64,000 nucleotides of DNA from a virus (lineage: Duplodnaviria; Caudoviricetes), in the IMG/VR virus record IMGVR_UViG_3300042291_001013; one strand, given 5' to 3'. Positions within the stretch are counted from its first letter, which is position 1. Every line of letters begins with the position of its first letter. Below the pieces are notes generated by a model. That model was given only the letters and a program-made list of their open reading frames with translations, made no database searches and was not told where the DNA came from. The position numbers were made by a program, and so were the translations under genes. Below are positions 7,754 through 17,717 of the stretch, piece after piece.

Positions 7754-10700
7754 TTACGCTCCACCAGAGATCTCACCAGTGTTCTTGATGCGCAATGGAA
7801 TATAGATAAATTCCACCGCTTTCACTGGTTCTATGGCAATATCAACCCACAACTCATTGCGATCAATACGTGCTGGCGTGTTGTTGCTCAAGTCACAAAC
7901 CACTAGGTAGTCATAGATTGCACGTTTGGCAATCAAGTCAATCATCAAACTATTAACAGTGTTGGTGATTTCGTTACGAGTAATTTCATCGTTGGGCTCG
8001 AACAAGTACAACTTGCCAACTTCTTCCAATCGACCACGCAAGAATGCAACCAGTCGTGCCACGTTGATACGATCCAGTGCAGTGGTTGTGGTAGTAGTGG
8101 TTTTGTTACCAAAGTTAACAATACCCACACCTGGAATAAAGGTAATTGGGTTGATGTTACGCTCGTACAGTATATCACGAATGCTTTGGCTCACACCAAT
8201 CTGCTGGAATTCACCTGTAGTTGCTTCAATGTAACCAATTGCGCTAGCATTGTCAACCACACCACGACGTGTGCCTGCTGGTGCCAACCATGGATAGCTC
8301 ACTGCATCGCTACGCAGAATTGTGCGTACCATCATGTGACTTGGAGGTTGTACCACAGTGTTACCACTTAGGTCATTTGTTTGGCAACTTGGATAGAAAG
8401 CACCTGCATAGTTGCTGGTACTTGAGTTACCATCTTCAGTGATCAAGCCCAGACCATTGTTGTTGGTTGCCCACTCAACAAGGCTGTTGCCGTCTGCACC
8501 AAGACGCATTGGTGTGTCGGCCACAACAAACAGTGTGTTGTTACGCTCGTTACTCAATGCAATCATGTTTGGTGTCAACTCAGGATATGCAGGTGTTGCA
8601 ATGATGTTGAATCCGTTTTGTTCTTCACGTGCGGCAACTGAAGTGTCAACACCGCTCTTGAGAGCTCGCACAATCAATTGACGCTGTGCCAAGCGACCTG
8701 ACCACATGCTGCCATTGTCTTTGTTGCCACTGGCTGTGAGCCATGTGCTGGTAACTACAGGCAATGTATCATCAGGGTAATCTGTGGCATTAAAGTAATT
8801 GCTCTGGAAGCTCTTGACGTTGTAACCTGAGCGACGTGTGTTAAACAACAATACACCTTGTGGATACAGTGCAGGATCTGGAGCATCTAGATCCAAGTAG
8901 TCACTTGTGAGCAAACTTTCAATAGTTGGGTAAGCATCTGCTACAGGGTCTGTAGTTCCATTTGGTGCCCAACGAGCATCAGCAAACAACACACCACTTT
9001 GTGTGGTTTGGTCGCTGGTGTCAATTTCTACCCACTGATCAGTGCCACTTACTGGTTCCCAACGATAGAGTTTGGGATAGTTTTCCAAGTCGCTAGTGTC
9101 TATCCACAAATCGCCGTAGGCCAATGGTGACTCAGCTGTGTCATTTTGTGTGGTTGGTGCAGTTGCCGCAATAATTGGTCCACTAGCATTGGTCAAACTC
9201 AAGTCGTAACCACGAGCATCGTTGGTTACGTTTTGATAACCTTGCCAGGTTCCGTTGTCTTGAATCATGATATCTGCATCACTCACTGAGCTGTAGTACC
9301 ATAGACGACCGTCTGCTGGATCTTGATCCGGAGCAGTGTCGCTGGCTGTGTATGTAAACTGTGGTGTACCCACAAAGTTTGTCAGTACCACGCCGCCACT
9401 TACTTGTGTGTTGGGACGAACATACGGTGTTGCAGAAGTAAAACCAGCTGTGGTCACTGCTACGTCGCCTGCAGAGTTTACCAGGCTAATACTACCACCA
9501 GTGGCGTGTGTGAACACAATGTTACCAGCTGTGTTCACTGACGCACTGACGTTGGCAATACCTGCGGCGCTGACTGCGGCTAAGAAAGCACTTACAGTCT
9601 GGCCACCCAAGGTCACAGTTGCCGAAACACTAGTAGCAGTTCCTGGTTCAGTAGCTGCCATAGTAAATTGGTCACCGGTTACAAATGCATTTTCAGTTGA
9701 AGTAAATGCAGTAGTACCAGTAACAACTGTTTGGCCCAGAGCAATGCGCTCATAAATTTCAAAAGCCAATGTTACCAATGGTGTTGTTTGATAGAACAAT
9801 GCTCTTGGACTTGCATAGGTAGTTCCTACAGGAATATTTTTACCACCACCTGTGGGATCTAGCCCATAGATAGCGGCGCTATCGCCATTGTATACTGGGC
9901 AAGCCTGTTGCACCCAAGTTCCAAGAGCAGTGCTCCATGATTTAACAGCCAGGCTCATACCATTGTTGGCCACGCTTACGTTTTGCCACACAGAACCAGT
10001 TGGGCGGCCGCCGTCAGTGTCAGTTGTTCTCCAACGTGGAGCTTGGTAACTGTAGCCTGGGAAGTATTCTGGTGCCGCATATTCACCTGTGGTGATACCC
10101 AGGGCAGTCAACAAAGCCGCGCCGCTGTTTGGGCCTGGATCAACTGCAATCAAACCATTGTTTGTCAGTGATGAGCCGTCATTGGCTGCGGTGCTGTCAG
10201 CATAGAGATACAGCTGACCATTTACTGATCTAGCAAAAACGCCAGCAATAGCAGCCGCATTAATAACTGCAACAAAGCCAGCAACGGTATTTGTGGCACC
10301 AACTGTGACCAAGTTGTCATTGATGTATATGTTGGCACCAACAGTCAAGGTAGCCGGTGCGTTGGAGCCAGCCACTGTGGGCCAAGCCATTTTCCAGTCG
10401 TCATCACCGATCAGGACCCAGGTATTGTCATATTTCTTGTAATAACCTTGCAACACAGTGGTCACCGCAACTATAGCATAGTCACCAATGCTGCCAACAG
10501 ATGCAATAGGGGTTAGGTTGCCACCACTAAAGTTTGTGACTTCAGCGGTGTCAGTAATAATCAAAGGTACTTTGTTTTCAAAAACTGCTGTGGTTTGATT
10601 CCATTCAAAAATACCAAAACTTGAGTCAGCAGTATCAAGCCAGTATGTACCATTGGCTGCGTTGCCAACAGGGCGATTCAAGCTAGCAGTTAGTTCGCTA

Positions 10701-11047
10701 AGGTCAATATTGGCACGTTGCACATAGCAACGATTTGACACACCCAAGGCAGAGTATGCCGCAAGCAGGCCATATTCGTTGAGCTCGTAACCATTGATTG
10801 GTGTGCCAGTTGTGGTGTTGTAAAAGAACGGAACACCAAATGTGGCTGCCAAATCACGCTGGCTGGTGATCAAGTAAGTTTTATTTGCGTTTGCCGCAAG
10901 TGTACCGGCCGCAACAGTGATACCGTCACTAGATACTTTGTTCTGCGCTGTGGCAACCATAAAGTAAGGTACTGTGTTAACAGCTGAAGGTATGTATTGA
11001 CTTTCGTCAATTACTGTTACTTCTACGCCTGGAGATACTAGAGCCAT
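7754..11047 (-). CDS. gp18: Tail sheath protein (1097 aa, large inserted domains)
   Basis: Start moved to MALVSPGVEVTVIDES (ATG 11047, late box at 11073-11078). C-terminal sheath motifs YPWLAPAGTRRG, LYERNINPI, LDRINVARL, LFEPND..TR, IEPVKAVEFIYI. Confidence 0.95.
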   Translation of the reverse strand: MALVSPGVEVTVIDESQYIPSAVNTVPYFMVATAQNKVSSDGITVAAGTLAANANKTYLITSQRDLAATFGVPFFYNTTTGTPINGYELNEYGLLAAYSALGVSNRCYVQRANIDLSELTASLNRPVGNAANGTYWLDTADSSFGIFEWNQTTAVFENKVPLIITDTAEVTNFSGGNLTPIASVGSIGDYAIVAVTTVLQGYYKKYDNTWVLIGDDDWKMAWPTVAGSNAPATLTVGANIYINDNLVTVGATNTVAGFVAVINAAAIAGVFARSVNGQLYLYADSTAANDGSSLTNNGLIAVDPGPNSGAALLTALGITTGEYAAPEYFPGYSYQAPRWRTTDTDGGRPTGSVWQNVSVANNGMSLAVKSWSTALGTWVQQACPVYNGDSAAIYGLDPTGGGKNIPVGTTYASPRALFYQTTPLVTLAFEIYERIALGQTVVTGTTAFTSTENAFVTGDQFTMAATEPGTATSVSATVTLGGQTVSAFLAAVSAAGIANVSASVNTAGNIVFTHATGGSISLVNSAGDVAVTTAGFTSATPYVRPNTQVSGGVVLTNFVGTPQFTYTASDTAPDQDPADGRLWYYSSVSDADIMIQDNGTWQGYQNVTNDARGYDLSLTNASGPIIAATAPTTQNDTAESPLAYGDLWIDTSDLENYPKLYRWEPVSGTDQWVEIDTSDQTTQSGVLFADARWAPNGTTDPVADAYPTIESLLTSDYLDLDAPDPALYPQGVLLFNTRRSGYNVKSFQSNYFNATDYPDDTLPVVTSTWLTASGNKDNGSMWSGRLAQRQLIVRALKSGVDTSVAAREEQNGFNIIATPAYPELTPNMIALSNERNNTLFVVADTPMRLGADGNSLVEWATNNNGLGLITEDGNSSTSNYAGAFYPSCQTNDLSGNTVVQPPSHMMVRTILRSDAVSYPWLAPAGTRRGVVDNASAIGYIEATTGEFQQIGVSQSIRDILYERNINPITFIPGVGIVNFGNKTTTTTTTALDRINVARLVAFLRGRLEEVGKLYLFEPNDEITRNEITNTVNSLMIDLIAKRAIYDYLVVCDLSNNTPARIDRNELWVDIAIEPVKAVEFIYIPLRIKNTGEISGGA

Positions 11048-11143
11048 AATGAATTCCTTTTCAAGTTGTAGATATTTATTGGTAAATGCCAAAAATGGTG
11101 TTCTACGCCGCCCTTTAGCAAAGGTCCAGACACTAAATACACC

Positions 11144-11488
11144 ATGAGACCCATTTGTCAGGCCTGCAACCAACGCCCCTGTGCTGTGAACTACATCAAA
11201 GAAGATCGCACACACTATCGCAGTCGTTGCGAAACTTGTCAACGCAAGGGTCGCGGACTCAAGAAGAGGCAAGCCCGCTGGGAGCAAGCGGGCTATAAGA
11301 AAAAAATGCAGTGTGACCGTTGTGGCTTCAAGGCCAGGTATTCAGCACAGATGTTGGTGTATCATGCTGACGGTGATCTAAACAACGTGGCGCTGAAAAA
11401 TCTAAAATCAATCTGCAAAAACTGTGTGGAGGAAGTTGCTAGGAGTGACTTGCCGTGGCGTTTGGGAGATCTTGAACCAGACGCTTGA
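11144..11488 (+). CDS. Zinc-binding HNH-like protein
   Basis: CxxC pairs and VYHADGDLNN...NLKSICKNC; TAAATA at 11134-11139 just upstream. Confidence 0.6.
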   Translation: MRPICQACNQRPCAVNYIKEDRTHYRSRCETCQRKGRGLKKRQARWEQAGYKKKMQCDRCGFKARYSAQMLVYHADGDLNNVALKNLKSICKNCVEEVARSDLPWRLGDLEPDA

Positions 11489-12083
11489 TCTGTTGATAAA
11501 GGTGATCCAGGGTATCATTATTGTCAAGAATAGCATCAAACTTTGTACCTGCCCACGAACTTTCACTAGCGTGTATCCCTAGCGATTTGAGTTTTTCTGC
11601 GGCAAATATGTCTCCGTCATTGGCTTTACAGGCCATAATATACCAACTGGGTAACTCTCCACGACGCACCCAGATAATCATACCGCCTTGATTTTTTATG
11701 GCTTTGATTTCATTGGGAAAACGGCAATCGCTAATAACCACATCATCTTGGCTGTTACGTAATTTGTTTTCCAAACTGGCAATCCACATATCATCGTGAA
11801 AGCCCTGACGACACACTTCTGTACCCCAGTATTGTAGTATCCAGCGAGGTGTTAAATTAGGCATGTTCAAGCGTTCTGCCCACCAAGGATCTACTTGCTC
11901 ACGCCATTCACGAGCTTGTTTAGTGCGCCCTTCCAGCATGGTTCTGTCCCAACCAAACACATGTGCCACTGCATCTTTCAAACTGTTGGCAAAACTTTCT
12001 CTACGAAAGTGATGCAAATTCACAAGATAATCAGCTATGGTATCTTTGCCAGAACCAATAAAACCACAGATGCCAATGATCAT
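11439..12083 (-). CDS. gp1: Deoxynucleoside monophosphate kinase
   Basis: IIGICGFIGSGKDT P-loop, SFANSLKDAVA, TPRWILQYWGTEV.R, VVISDCRFPNE. Confidence 0.9.
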   Translation of the reverse strand: MIIGICGFIGSGKDTIADYLVNLHHFRRESFANSLKDAVAHVFGWDRTMLEGRTKQAREWREQVDPWWAERLNMPNLTPRWILQYWGTEVCRQGFHDDMWIASLENKLRNSQDDVVISDCRFPNEIKAIKNQGGMIIWVRRGELPSWYIMACKANDGDIFAAEKLKSLGIHASESSWAGTKFDAILDNNDTLDHLYQQIKRLVQDLPNATASHS

Positions 12084-12601
12084 GCCAGTTCCTTTATGTT
12101 GAAATATTTAAGAGTGTCTTGCAACAAGCCAATTTGTCTGCGGCAGTCTTCTAGTGCATGATGGCTTGTGGGCGGTTTTTCAAGTCCAGGCCATAGACTA
12201 AAAACTGTACGACTGTCCCGAACTGAATAGTACTGCCAAGGGATGGGCTTGTTGTAGCTTTTGTAAGCATGTTCTAGAATGGTCATGTCGTATGTGGGGC
12301 CTTGGGCCCAAATGCGCTTGGAGTGCCAAATCAGCCGGCCTAGCCCGTCCAGAGCCTGATCCAAAGGTATGCGCCCTTCTTCAGCAAAGGCTTCTGCTTG
12401 TGCTTCTTTTTGAGTGGCCCACCATTCAATTGTGCCTTGTTCAATTTTACGATTGGGCTGACTTTCAAGATCAACTCGAGCATAGTAAAACTTGTCAGGA
12501 TAATACCCATCGCTGAATGGGTTAAACGCCTGAGCGGCTATAGTAAGTATACAAGTTTCGGGGCCTGTTGCAAGGCCTTCCATGTCGATCATCAAGTCCA
12601 T
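12080..12601 (-). CDS. DEDDh 3'-5' exonuclease (Rv2179c/DexA-like)
   Basis: LMIDMEGL, WAQGPTYDMTIL, VRDSRT, HHALEDCRRQ. Confidence 0.8.
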   Translation of the reverse strand: MDLMIDMEGLATGPETCILTIAAQAFNPFSDGYYPDKFYYARVDLESQPNRKIEQGTIEWWATQKEAQAEAFAEEGRIPLDQALDGLGRLIWHSKRIWAQGPTYDMTILEHAYKSYNKPIPWQYYSVRDSRTVFSLWPGLEKPPTSHHALEDCRRQIGLLQDTLKYFNIKELA

Positions 12602-12606
12602 GTTGC

Positions 12607-12635
12607 ATTATAACACAGCTTGACAAGAATTGCAA
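12607..12635 (-). promoter_or_regulatory. Sigma70-type promoter, leaderless transcript for the exonuclease and dNMP kinase
   Basis: TTGCAA-N17-TATAAT with extended TG; the ATG is 5 nt after the -10 box. Confidence 0.7.
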
Positions 12636-12643
12636 TTTGTTTG

Positions 12644-13408
12644 TTAACCAATTACCCAGGTAAGTGGCTGACTTGCATCCACATACAGTTTGAGTTGCTC
12701 AATCAAGTCAGCCATGGCTTCTTTGGCTTCAGATTTCATTGCGGCACCGTTTAGCTGTCCGCCGCCTTGTGGGCCAGCAATTTGAGCAAACTTTTCACGA
12801 GCTTCACCAATAATCATCTTGGAATTGGCCACCATGTAGTCCTTGATCCACTGTGAAATTTGATAGTCAGCAAGCAGTTGGATTTCTGGCTTGAGTTGGT
12901 ACACCCACAACAACACAGATTCGCCAGTGCCTTTGGGATCACGGATCAATTGTAGTTTTTTTGTAACTGGATTCCAGGTATAGTTCATGTATGCGCCAAA
13001 CATGCGTCCAGCCAATTCCACATACTGTGAGTAGAAATCGTAAGTGGCAAGACCACCGGCTGTGTTGAAGTTCATGAGATAAACGTTGACTGACGCCTGG
13101 GCAAACGGATCAAAGTTGCTTGCAAACGGTCCAGTGCTGTTGCCAAAAGTTCTGCGGAATATTTGACGCACACTATGCACTTCTTGTGGCAGTGTGTAGA
13201 TGTTTTCGTCTTCAACCAACATCATAAAAATATAAGCTTCTTCATAAGCGGCATTGGCTCGCTGACGATAGGTACCTATAGTTTTTTGATACGCGGCTTC
13301 ATAGTGAGCAGGGTCCAACTCAAGATCAATGATTTGATCTGCCAGTTGGAGTTTTACGTACTCAATTAAGTTTTGTTTGGCTTGTGCCAGTGTGTTTTCG
13401 TCAGCCAT
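12644..13408 (-). CDS. gp13: Neck protein (head-tail adaptor)
   Basis: YVKLQLADQIIDLELDPAHYE...LPQEV.SVRQIF...WIKDY..A.SK.IIGEAREKF..I.GP.GG..LNG..MK.EA. Confidence 0.85.
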   Translation of the reverse strand: MADENTLAQAKQNLIEYVKLQLADQIIDLELDPAHYEAAYQKTIGTYRQRANAAYEEAYIFMMLVEDENIYTLPQEVHSVRQIFRRTFGNSTGPFASNFDPFAQASVNVYLMNFNTAGGLATYDFYSQYVELAGRMFGAYMNYTWNPVTKKLQLIRDPKGTGESVLLWVYQLKPEIQLLADYQISQWIKDYMVANSKMIIGEAREKFAQIAGPQGGGQLNGAAMKSEAKEAMADLIEQLKLYVDASQPLTWVIG

Positions 13409-13437
13409 AAAAGGGAAGCTCCGTTCCCCTTTATTTA
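13409..13437 (-). terminator. Intrinsic terminator with a late-promoter box at its 5' edge
   Basis: Minus strand TAAATA-AAGGGGAA-CGGAGC-TTCCC-TTTT-ATG. Confidence 0.55.
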
Positions 13438-14571
13438 CCAGCTCTTGAGCACTACAAGGTTCTCAGTGCCACGAGCATTCCATGCTGTTTCTGTGGTAGT
13501 TAGATCTTTAAATATCTTACGTGCCGCTGGCTTGCCTGCGGCTTGCACAGCTTTGATAACATCCTGTGGTTTACGCACAGTTTTTTGCATGGTATCCACA
13601 GTGCTAAATCCAATGATACTGTTGCTCTTAACAGTGAATGCCTGTGTGTGGCTGTCTGCAACAACATGGATCAACTTGCGTTTCTTGGTGTCATACAACC
13701 AAGCTTCTGTTTTGTCCACCAGACTTGCGGCTGGCAAGCCTTTGAGTTTGAGTTCCGCAAAGTCCACAATGTGCTTGAACTTTGCGGCACGTTTCTCTGG
13801 AGGTACTGCCTTTACTTTACGTGGCTTGCGTTCCACTTTCTTGATCTGCACATAAGCACCGCAGTCGTTGACCACAGCTTCGCAAAACTTGATCACATTG
13901 CGCAGTTGAATTTTGGAGAGATGACTGTAACCCTCCACCAGTTGTGCATCTTTGCCTTCTACCACACGCTCAAACTCTGTGAGCTTGCGTTTCCAAACAT
14001 CTGCAATAATACTAACCATTTGTGGTGCCACATTCATGCTTCGCAAAAGTGTAACAGGCTTGTAGTCAGCTGACATCTTGGCACCTGTCTCCAAAAAATC
14101 GTCAAACAAACCGTCAAGCTCGCCTATGCACTCATTTACTTTTTCACGCAGTCGGTCTTGAATGGTAATTCTTGGTGTGGCATCTTCCACCACTGCTTCG
14201 GGCGCAATTTCGTTTTGTTTGCTGTCTAGTATTTCGCGCAGTTGATTTTCTAACTTGAGCTGTTCTGTGTCATGCAGTTCCAAGCCCACCATGCTCATAC
14301 GGCACAACCAACCTGTGGTCAAGCGAATAGCTGAATCTGGAATACCTTTGAGCAGTCGCACATCTTCTTTGCGGTCATGTGTTTCTAGGTAGTTTACAAT
14401 CATGTCACGGGCATCTTTTTTGCCATAAAAATAATTGTACCAACTAAATGCATTACTCATTTTACTGATGCGAAAGTCAGTGGGCTGGATTTGCCAAGTT
14501 GGCTCCCCACCCAGAATGTTGGTGTCTGCGCTACGTGGATTAAGCATTTTAATTTTGAATGTGGTACTCAT
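13435..14571 (-). CDS. Hypothetical protein (378 aa, Lys-rich C-terminus)
   Basis: Long ORF co-oriented with 14580-14867 under a sigma70 promoter; no motif recognised. Confidence 0.7.
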   Translation of the reverse strand: MSTTFKIKMLNPRSADTNILGGEPTWQIQPTDFRISKMSNAFSWYNYFYGKKDARDMIVNYLETHDRKEDVRLLKGIPDSAIRLTTGWLCRMSMVGLELHDTEQLKLENQLREILDSKQNEIAPEAVVEDATPRITIQDRLREKVNECIGELDGLFDDFLETGAKMSADYKPVTLLRSMNVAPQMVSIIADVWKRKLTEFERVVEGKDAQLVEGYSHLSKIQLRNVIKFCEAVVNDCGAYVQIKKVERKPRKVKAVPPEKRAAKFKHIVDFAELKLKGLPAASLVDKTEAWLYDTKKRKLIHVVADSHTQAFTVKSNSIIGFSTVDTMQKTVRKPQDVIKAVQAAGKPAARKIFKDLTTTETAWNARGTENLVVLKSW

Positions 14572-14579
14572 GTGTTTCC

Positions 14580-14867
14580 TTACTTAGTTTTGGGCAAGTG
14601 CTTGACAGCGTCAAAAAGTCTAGCGGCACGTTTGACGTCAAAATTTTTGTGCTTGTACATCCAGGCTTTTTTGCGCTCTGCTGTTTCTAGTGCTTCTGCC
14701 AAGCGCCATTTAGTGTCAAAGTCCACTGTCATTATTATACGGCTCATATCCACAATGTCAAGAGCGTACTCTACCCATTTTTCTGTGGCTTTTATTTTGT
14801 CATAGGACTGTATAAATCCCTTGCCTTTTGGGCCCGTGTACTTTGTTAAAAAGTTAGCGGCTTTCAT
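14580..14867 (-). CDS. Hypothetical protein (95 aa)
   Basis: SD AGGAG at 14874-14878 and an upstream sigma70 promoter. Confidence 0.65.
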   Translation of the reverse strand: MKAANFLTKYTGPKGKGFIQSYDKIKATEKWVEYALDIVDMSRIIMTVDFDTKWRLAEALETAERKKAWMYKHKNFDVKRAARLFDAVKHLPKTK

Positions 14868-14895
14868 AACATACTCCTGGAGTGGTTAAGCATGT

Positions 14896-14924
14896 ATTAT
14901 AGCAGTTCTAGATTTATTGGTCAA
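14896..14924 (-). promoter_or_regulatory. Sigma70-type early promoter
   Basis: TTGACC-N17-TATAAT with extended TG. Confidence 0.75.
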
Positions 14925-14931
14925 CCGCCCA

Positions 14932-14937
14932 TAAATA
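14932..14937 (+). promoter_or_regulatory. Late (gp55) promoter for gp14-gp15-NUDIX, leaderless
   Basis: ATAAATA, 6 nt before ATG 14944, no SD. Confidence 0.65.
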
Positions 14938-14943
14938 CAAGCT

Positions 14944-16317
14944 ATGCCACGCCTAAGCCTTTATCGCCCCAATCGCACACGTGATTACCAATTTTTAGAC
15001 CGCACCATCAGTGAAATGTACACTGTGGGCGGGTTGGACATTTATGTCCACAAGTATTTGGGTCCACAGCCTGGGGGTGAGGACAGCGCCTTGAGTGGCA
15101 ACGGCGATGCTACACAGCCCATTTATGACGAGCTGAGCCCGTTAAATATTCAAGACCTGCTGTTGTTGGAAAACCGTGATCGTGTGTACGCTGATGATAT
15201 CTACATCATGCGTGGAGTTTACACCCACCAAGACGTGGACTTTGACCTAACACAGTTTGGCTTGTTCTTGAACAACGATACCTTGTTCATTACGTTTCAC
15301 TACAACGACATGATTGACTCCCTGGGTCGCAAGCTCATGAACGGCGACGTAATTGAAGTCACAAACTTGATTGATTATCATCCGCTTAATGCTGCCACTC
15401 CCAAGGCCTTGCCCAAGTACTATGTGATTCAAGACGCCAACTATGCAACAGAAGGCATGAGTCAGACTTGGATGCCACACACCTGGCGTGTTAAGGCTAC
15501 CCCACTCAACAATCAACAAGAATACAAGAGCATTCTTGACAAGCCTTTTGTGAGTGAAAATATCTGGGACAATGACAATTACTATCCCATGGGCTGGGTT
15601 GCAAATTATGGTGACGTTTACTACAAGACCATAAAAAATACCCCAGCTGGTATTGATATAACCAATACTGAATACTGGCAAGAATACACGCCACAAAGCA
15701 TCAGCGATGGCATGAGCACTCGCCCCAAAGACAATCAAATCAACGATGCTATACTACAACAAGCTGACGTTGAAGTTCCGCTTAGTGGTTACGAAACTGG
15801 CAGTTTCTATCTGATGTCTGACAATGCAATTGGACAAACTGGCAACCCAACATCTCTCACTACTGATGGTGCGCAAACTGTGGATGGCACTCAAGGCGGA
15901 ATGAGCGTGAGCCCAGATAGTTATATTTTGGGCTATTTGACTGGTAGTACTGTACCTCCAAATGGTTTGCCAGTAACCAGCGGTGTTACATTCCCTACTC
16001 AGGCCGTGGATGGAGACTACTGCTTGCGTTTGGATTATTTCCCCAATCGTTTGTTTAGATACAATGGTGCAGTTAGACGTTGGATCAAACAGGAGAGTGG
16101 AGTGCGAACAGATCTCAATAATGGGCCAGCCAACACAACTTTACGCTCAGGTTTTGTTAACAATACATACACAGTGAATACGCCAGACCTGGGTGCTATA
16201 CCTAGTCGTCAAAGTCTTAGCGATTTGCTCAAACCACGTGCTGACAATGGAGATCAAGGTGGACATCTAGATCCAGATCCAAGACCCGGCACACAACCTG
16301 GACAACAGAACACATAA
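14944..16317 (+). CDS. gp14: Neck protein (head closure)
   Basis: MPRLSLYRP....DYQFLDRTISE..TVGG.DIYVHKYLG...LLLENRDR.Y..DIY.MRG...FDL.QFGLFL.ND. Confidence 0.8.
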   Translation: MPRLSLYRPNRTRDYQFLDRTISEMYTVGGLDIYVHKYLGPQPGGEDSALSGNGDATQPIYDELSPLNIQDLLLLENRDRVYADDIYIMRGVYTHQDVDFDLTQFGLFLNNDTLFITFHYNDMIDSLGRKLMNGDVIEVTNLIDYHPLNAATPKALPKYYVIQDANYATEGMSQTWMPHTWRVKATPLNNQQEYKSILDKPFVSENIWDNDNYYPMGWVANYGDVYYKTIKNTPAGIDITNTEYWQEYTPQSISDGMSTRPKDNQINDAILQQADVEVPLSGYETGSFYLMSDNAIGQTGNPTSLTTDGAQTVDGTQGGMSVSPDSYILGYLTGSTVPPNGLPVTSGVTFPTQAVDGDYCLRLDYFPNRLFRYNGAVRRWIKQESGVRTDLNNGPANTTLRSGFVNNTYTVNTPDLGAIPSRQSLSDLLKPRADNGDQGGHLDPDPRPGTQPGQQNT

Positions 16318-17717
16318 TGCAACAATTTTTTTACGATGCCCAAATACGAAGATTCTTACTACAGTTCACAAGAATCATGAGTAACTTTCAAGTTGAGTAT
16401 GGCAACGAAACTGATGGTACAAACGCGGCTGCCTTGTTGCGGGTTCCAGTTCGCTACGGAGATTCAAGTCGTAATGCACAAACTGTGATTCAAAACAACT
16501 CTGCAAATCAGCTGCCGTCAACCCCCTTGATGACATTTTATATCACCTCGCTTGATTACGATCGCCCTAGAATGCAAGAGCCCTACTTTGTAAGCAAGGT
16601 CAATGTGCGTCAGCGCACATACGATTCTGCTACAGAAACATACGAAACCACGCAAGGCAATGCATTTACTGTTGAACGCCTGATGCCTGTGCCTTACAAG
16701 TTAGGTATAACTTTGGATATTTGGACTTCAAATACCAATCAAAAGTTTCAGTTACTGGAACAAATTTTGACGCTATTCAATCCCAGTTTAGAAGTACAAA
16801 GTACTGACAATTATCTTGACTGGACCAGTCTCAGCATGGTCGAACTTGAAAGTACTCAGTGGAGCTCACGCACTATTCCAGTGGGTGCCGACAATCCCAT
16901 TGACATTTGCACGTTGAAATTTACTCTGCCAATTTGGATCAGTAGTCCAGCCAAGGTCAAGAAGCTGGGCGTAGTAGAACGTGTGATCATGAGCATGTAT
17001 GATGCCCAAGGTGATTTAAATGAAGCTGTGACCAACAGTGATTTGTTGCTGGGCACTAGAGTTGTAATCACTCCTTATAACTGGGCTGTGGCGCTAATTG
17101 GTAATCAGTTGCAGGTTTTGCAACAAACCAGTCTTGTACAAGAACCCAGCAATGACGCACTGACTCCAACCACGGTCATATCTGACAGTCCGTTGTTGTG
17201 GCCTGCTGTGATTGATTTGTACGGGACTCTAAGACCGGGTATCAGTCAAATACGTCTTGAACAGCGCGATGGCACTGAAGTTATAGGCACAATTGCCCTC
17301 AATCCCAATGACAACAGATTGTTGATTTTTGATATTGACTTAGATACTGCGCCGCAAAACACCTTGGACCCAGTTGACGCTGTGATCAATCCCTTGACCA
17401 GCGGGCCGCAACAGGGTTTGGATTCAGCCCTGGACGGGCAAAGATACTTGCTGACTGAGGCCACCGGCAGTGGTACTGGCAGCAACGTGGCCACAGCTTG
17501 GCAAGGTGCCAACGGACGACCACTAATAGCCCAGGCCAATGACATTATTGAATATGCCAACAACTATTGGCAAGTGGTTTTTAGAGCCGACGGACAACCT
17601 GCAGAACAATATGTAACTAACATAACTACTGGTACACAGTATGAATGGAATGGTGAAGCATGGGTAAAAAGTTATCAAGGGGTGTATCCAGGGGGCCAGT
17701 GGAGCATAGTGCTTTAA
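16317..17717 (+). CDS. gp15: Tail terminator / sheath stabiliser with C-terminal extension
   Basis: QFFYD.QIRRF..QF.R....F.V...VPVRYG...P.M...I..L.YD..R...MPVPY.L...L.IWT.N..QK.QLLEQIL..FNP. Confidence 0.85.
   Translation: MQQFFYDAQIRRFLLQFTRIMSNFQVEYGNETDGTNAAALLRVPVRYGDSSRNAQTVIQNNSANQLPSTPLMTFYITSLDYDRPRMQEPYFVSKVNVRQRTYDSATETYETTQGNAFTVERLMPVPYKLGITLDIWTSNTNQKFQLLEQILTLFNPSLEVQSTDNYLDWTSLSMVELESTQWSSRTIPVGADNPIDICTLKFTLPIWISSPAKVKKLGVVERVIMSMYDAQGDLNEAVTNSDLLLGTRVVITPYNWAVALIGNQLQVLQQTSLVQEPSNDALTPTTVISDSPLLWPAVIDLYGTLRPGISQIRLEQRDGTEVIGTIALNPNDNRLLIFDIDLDTAPQNTLDPVDAVINPLTSGPQQGLDSALDGQRYLLTEATGSGTGSNVATAWQGANGRPLIAQANDIIEYANNYWQVVFRADGQPAEQYVTNITTGTQYEWNGEAWVKSYQGVYPGGQWSIVL

Noticed and set aside
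11048-11287. 80 aa N-terminal extension of the sheath in the ORF track
   Set aside because: Overlaps the opposite-strand HNH-like gene and lies upstream of the late box and SD; the canonical start MALVSPGV is at 11047.
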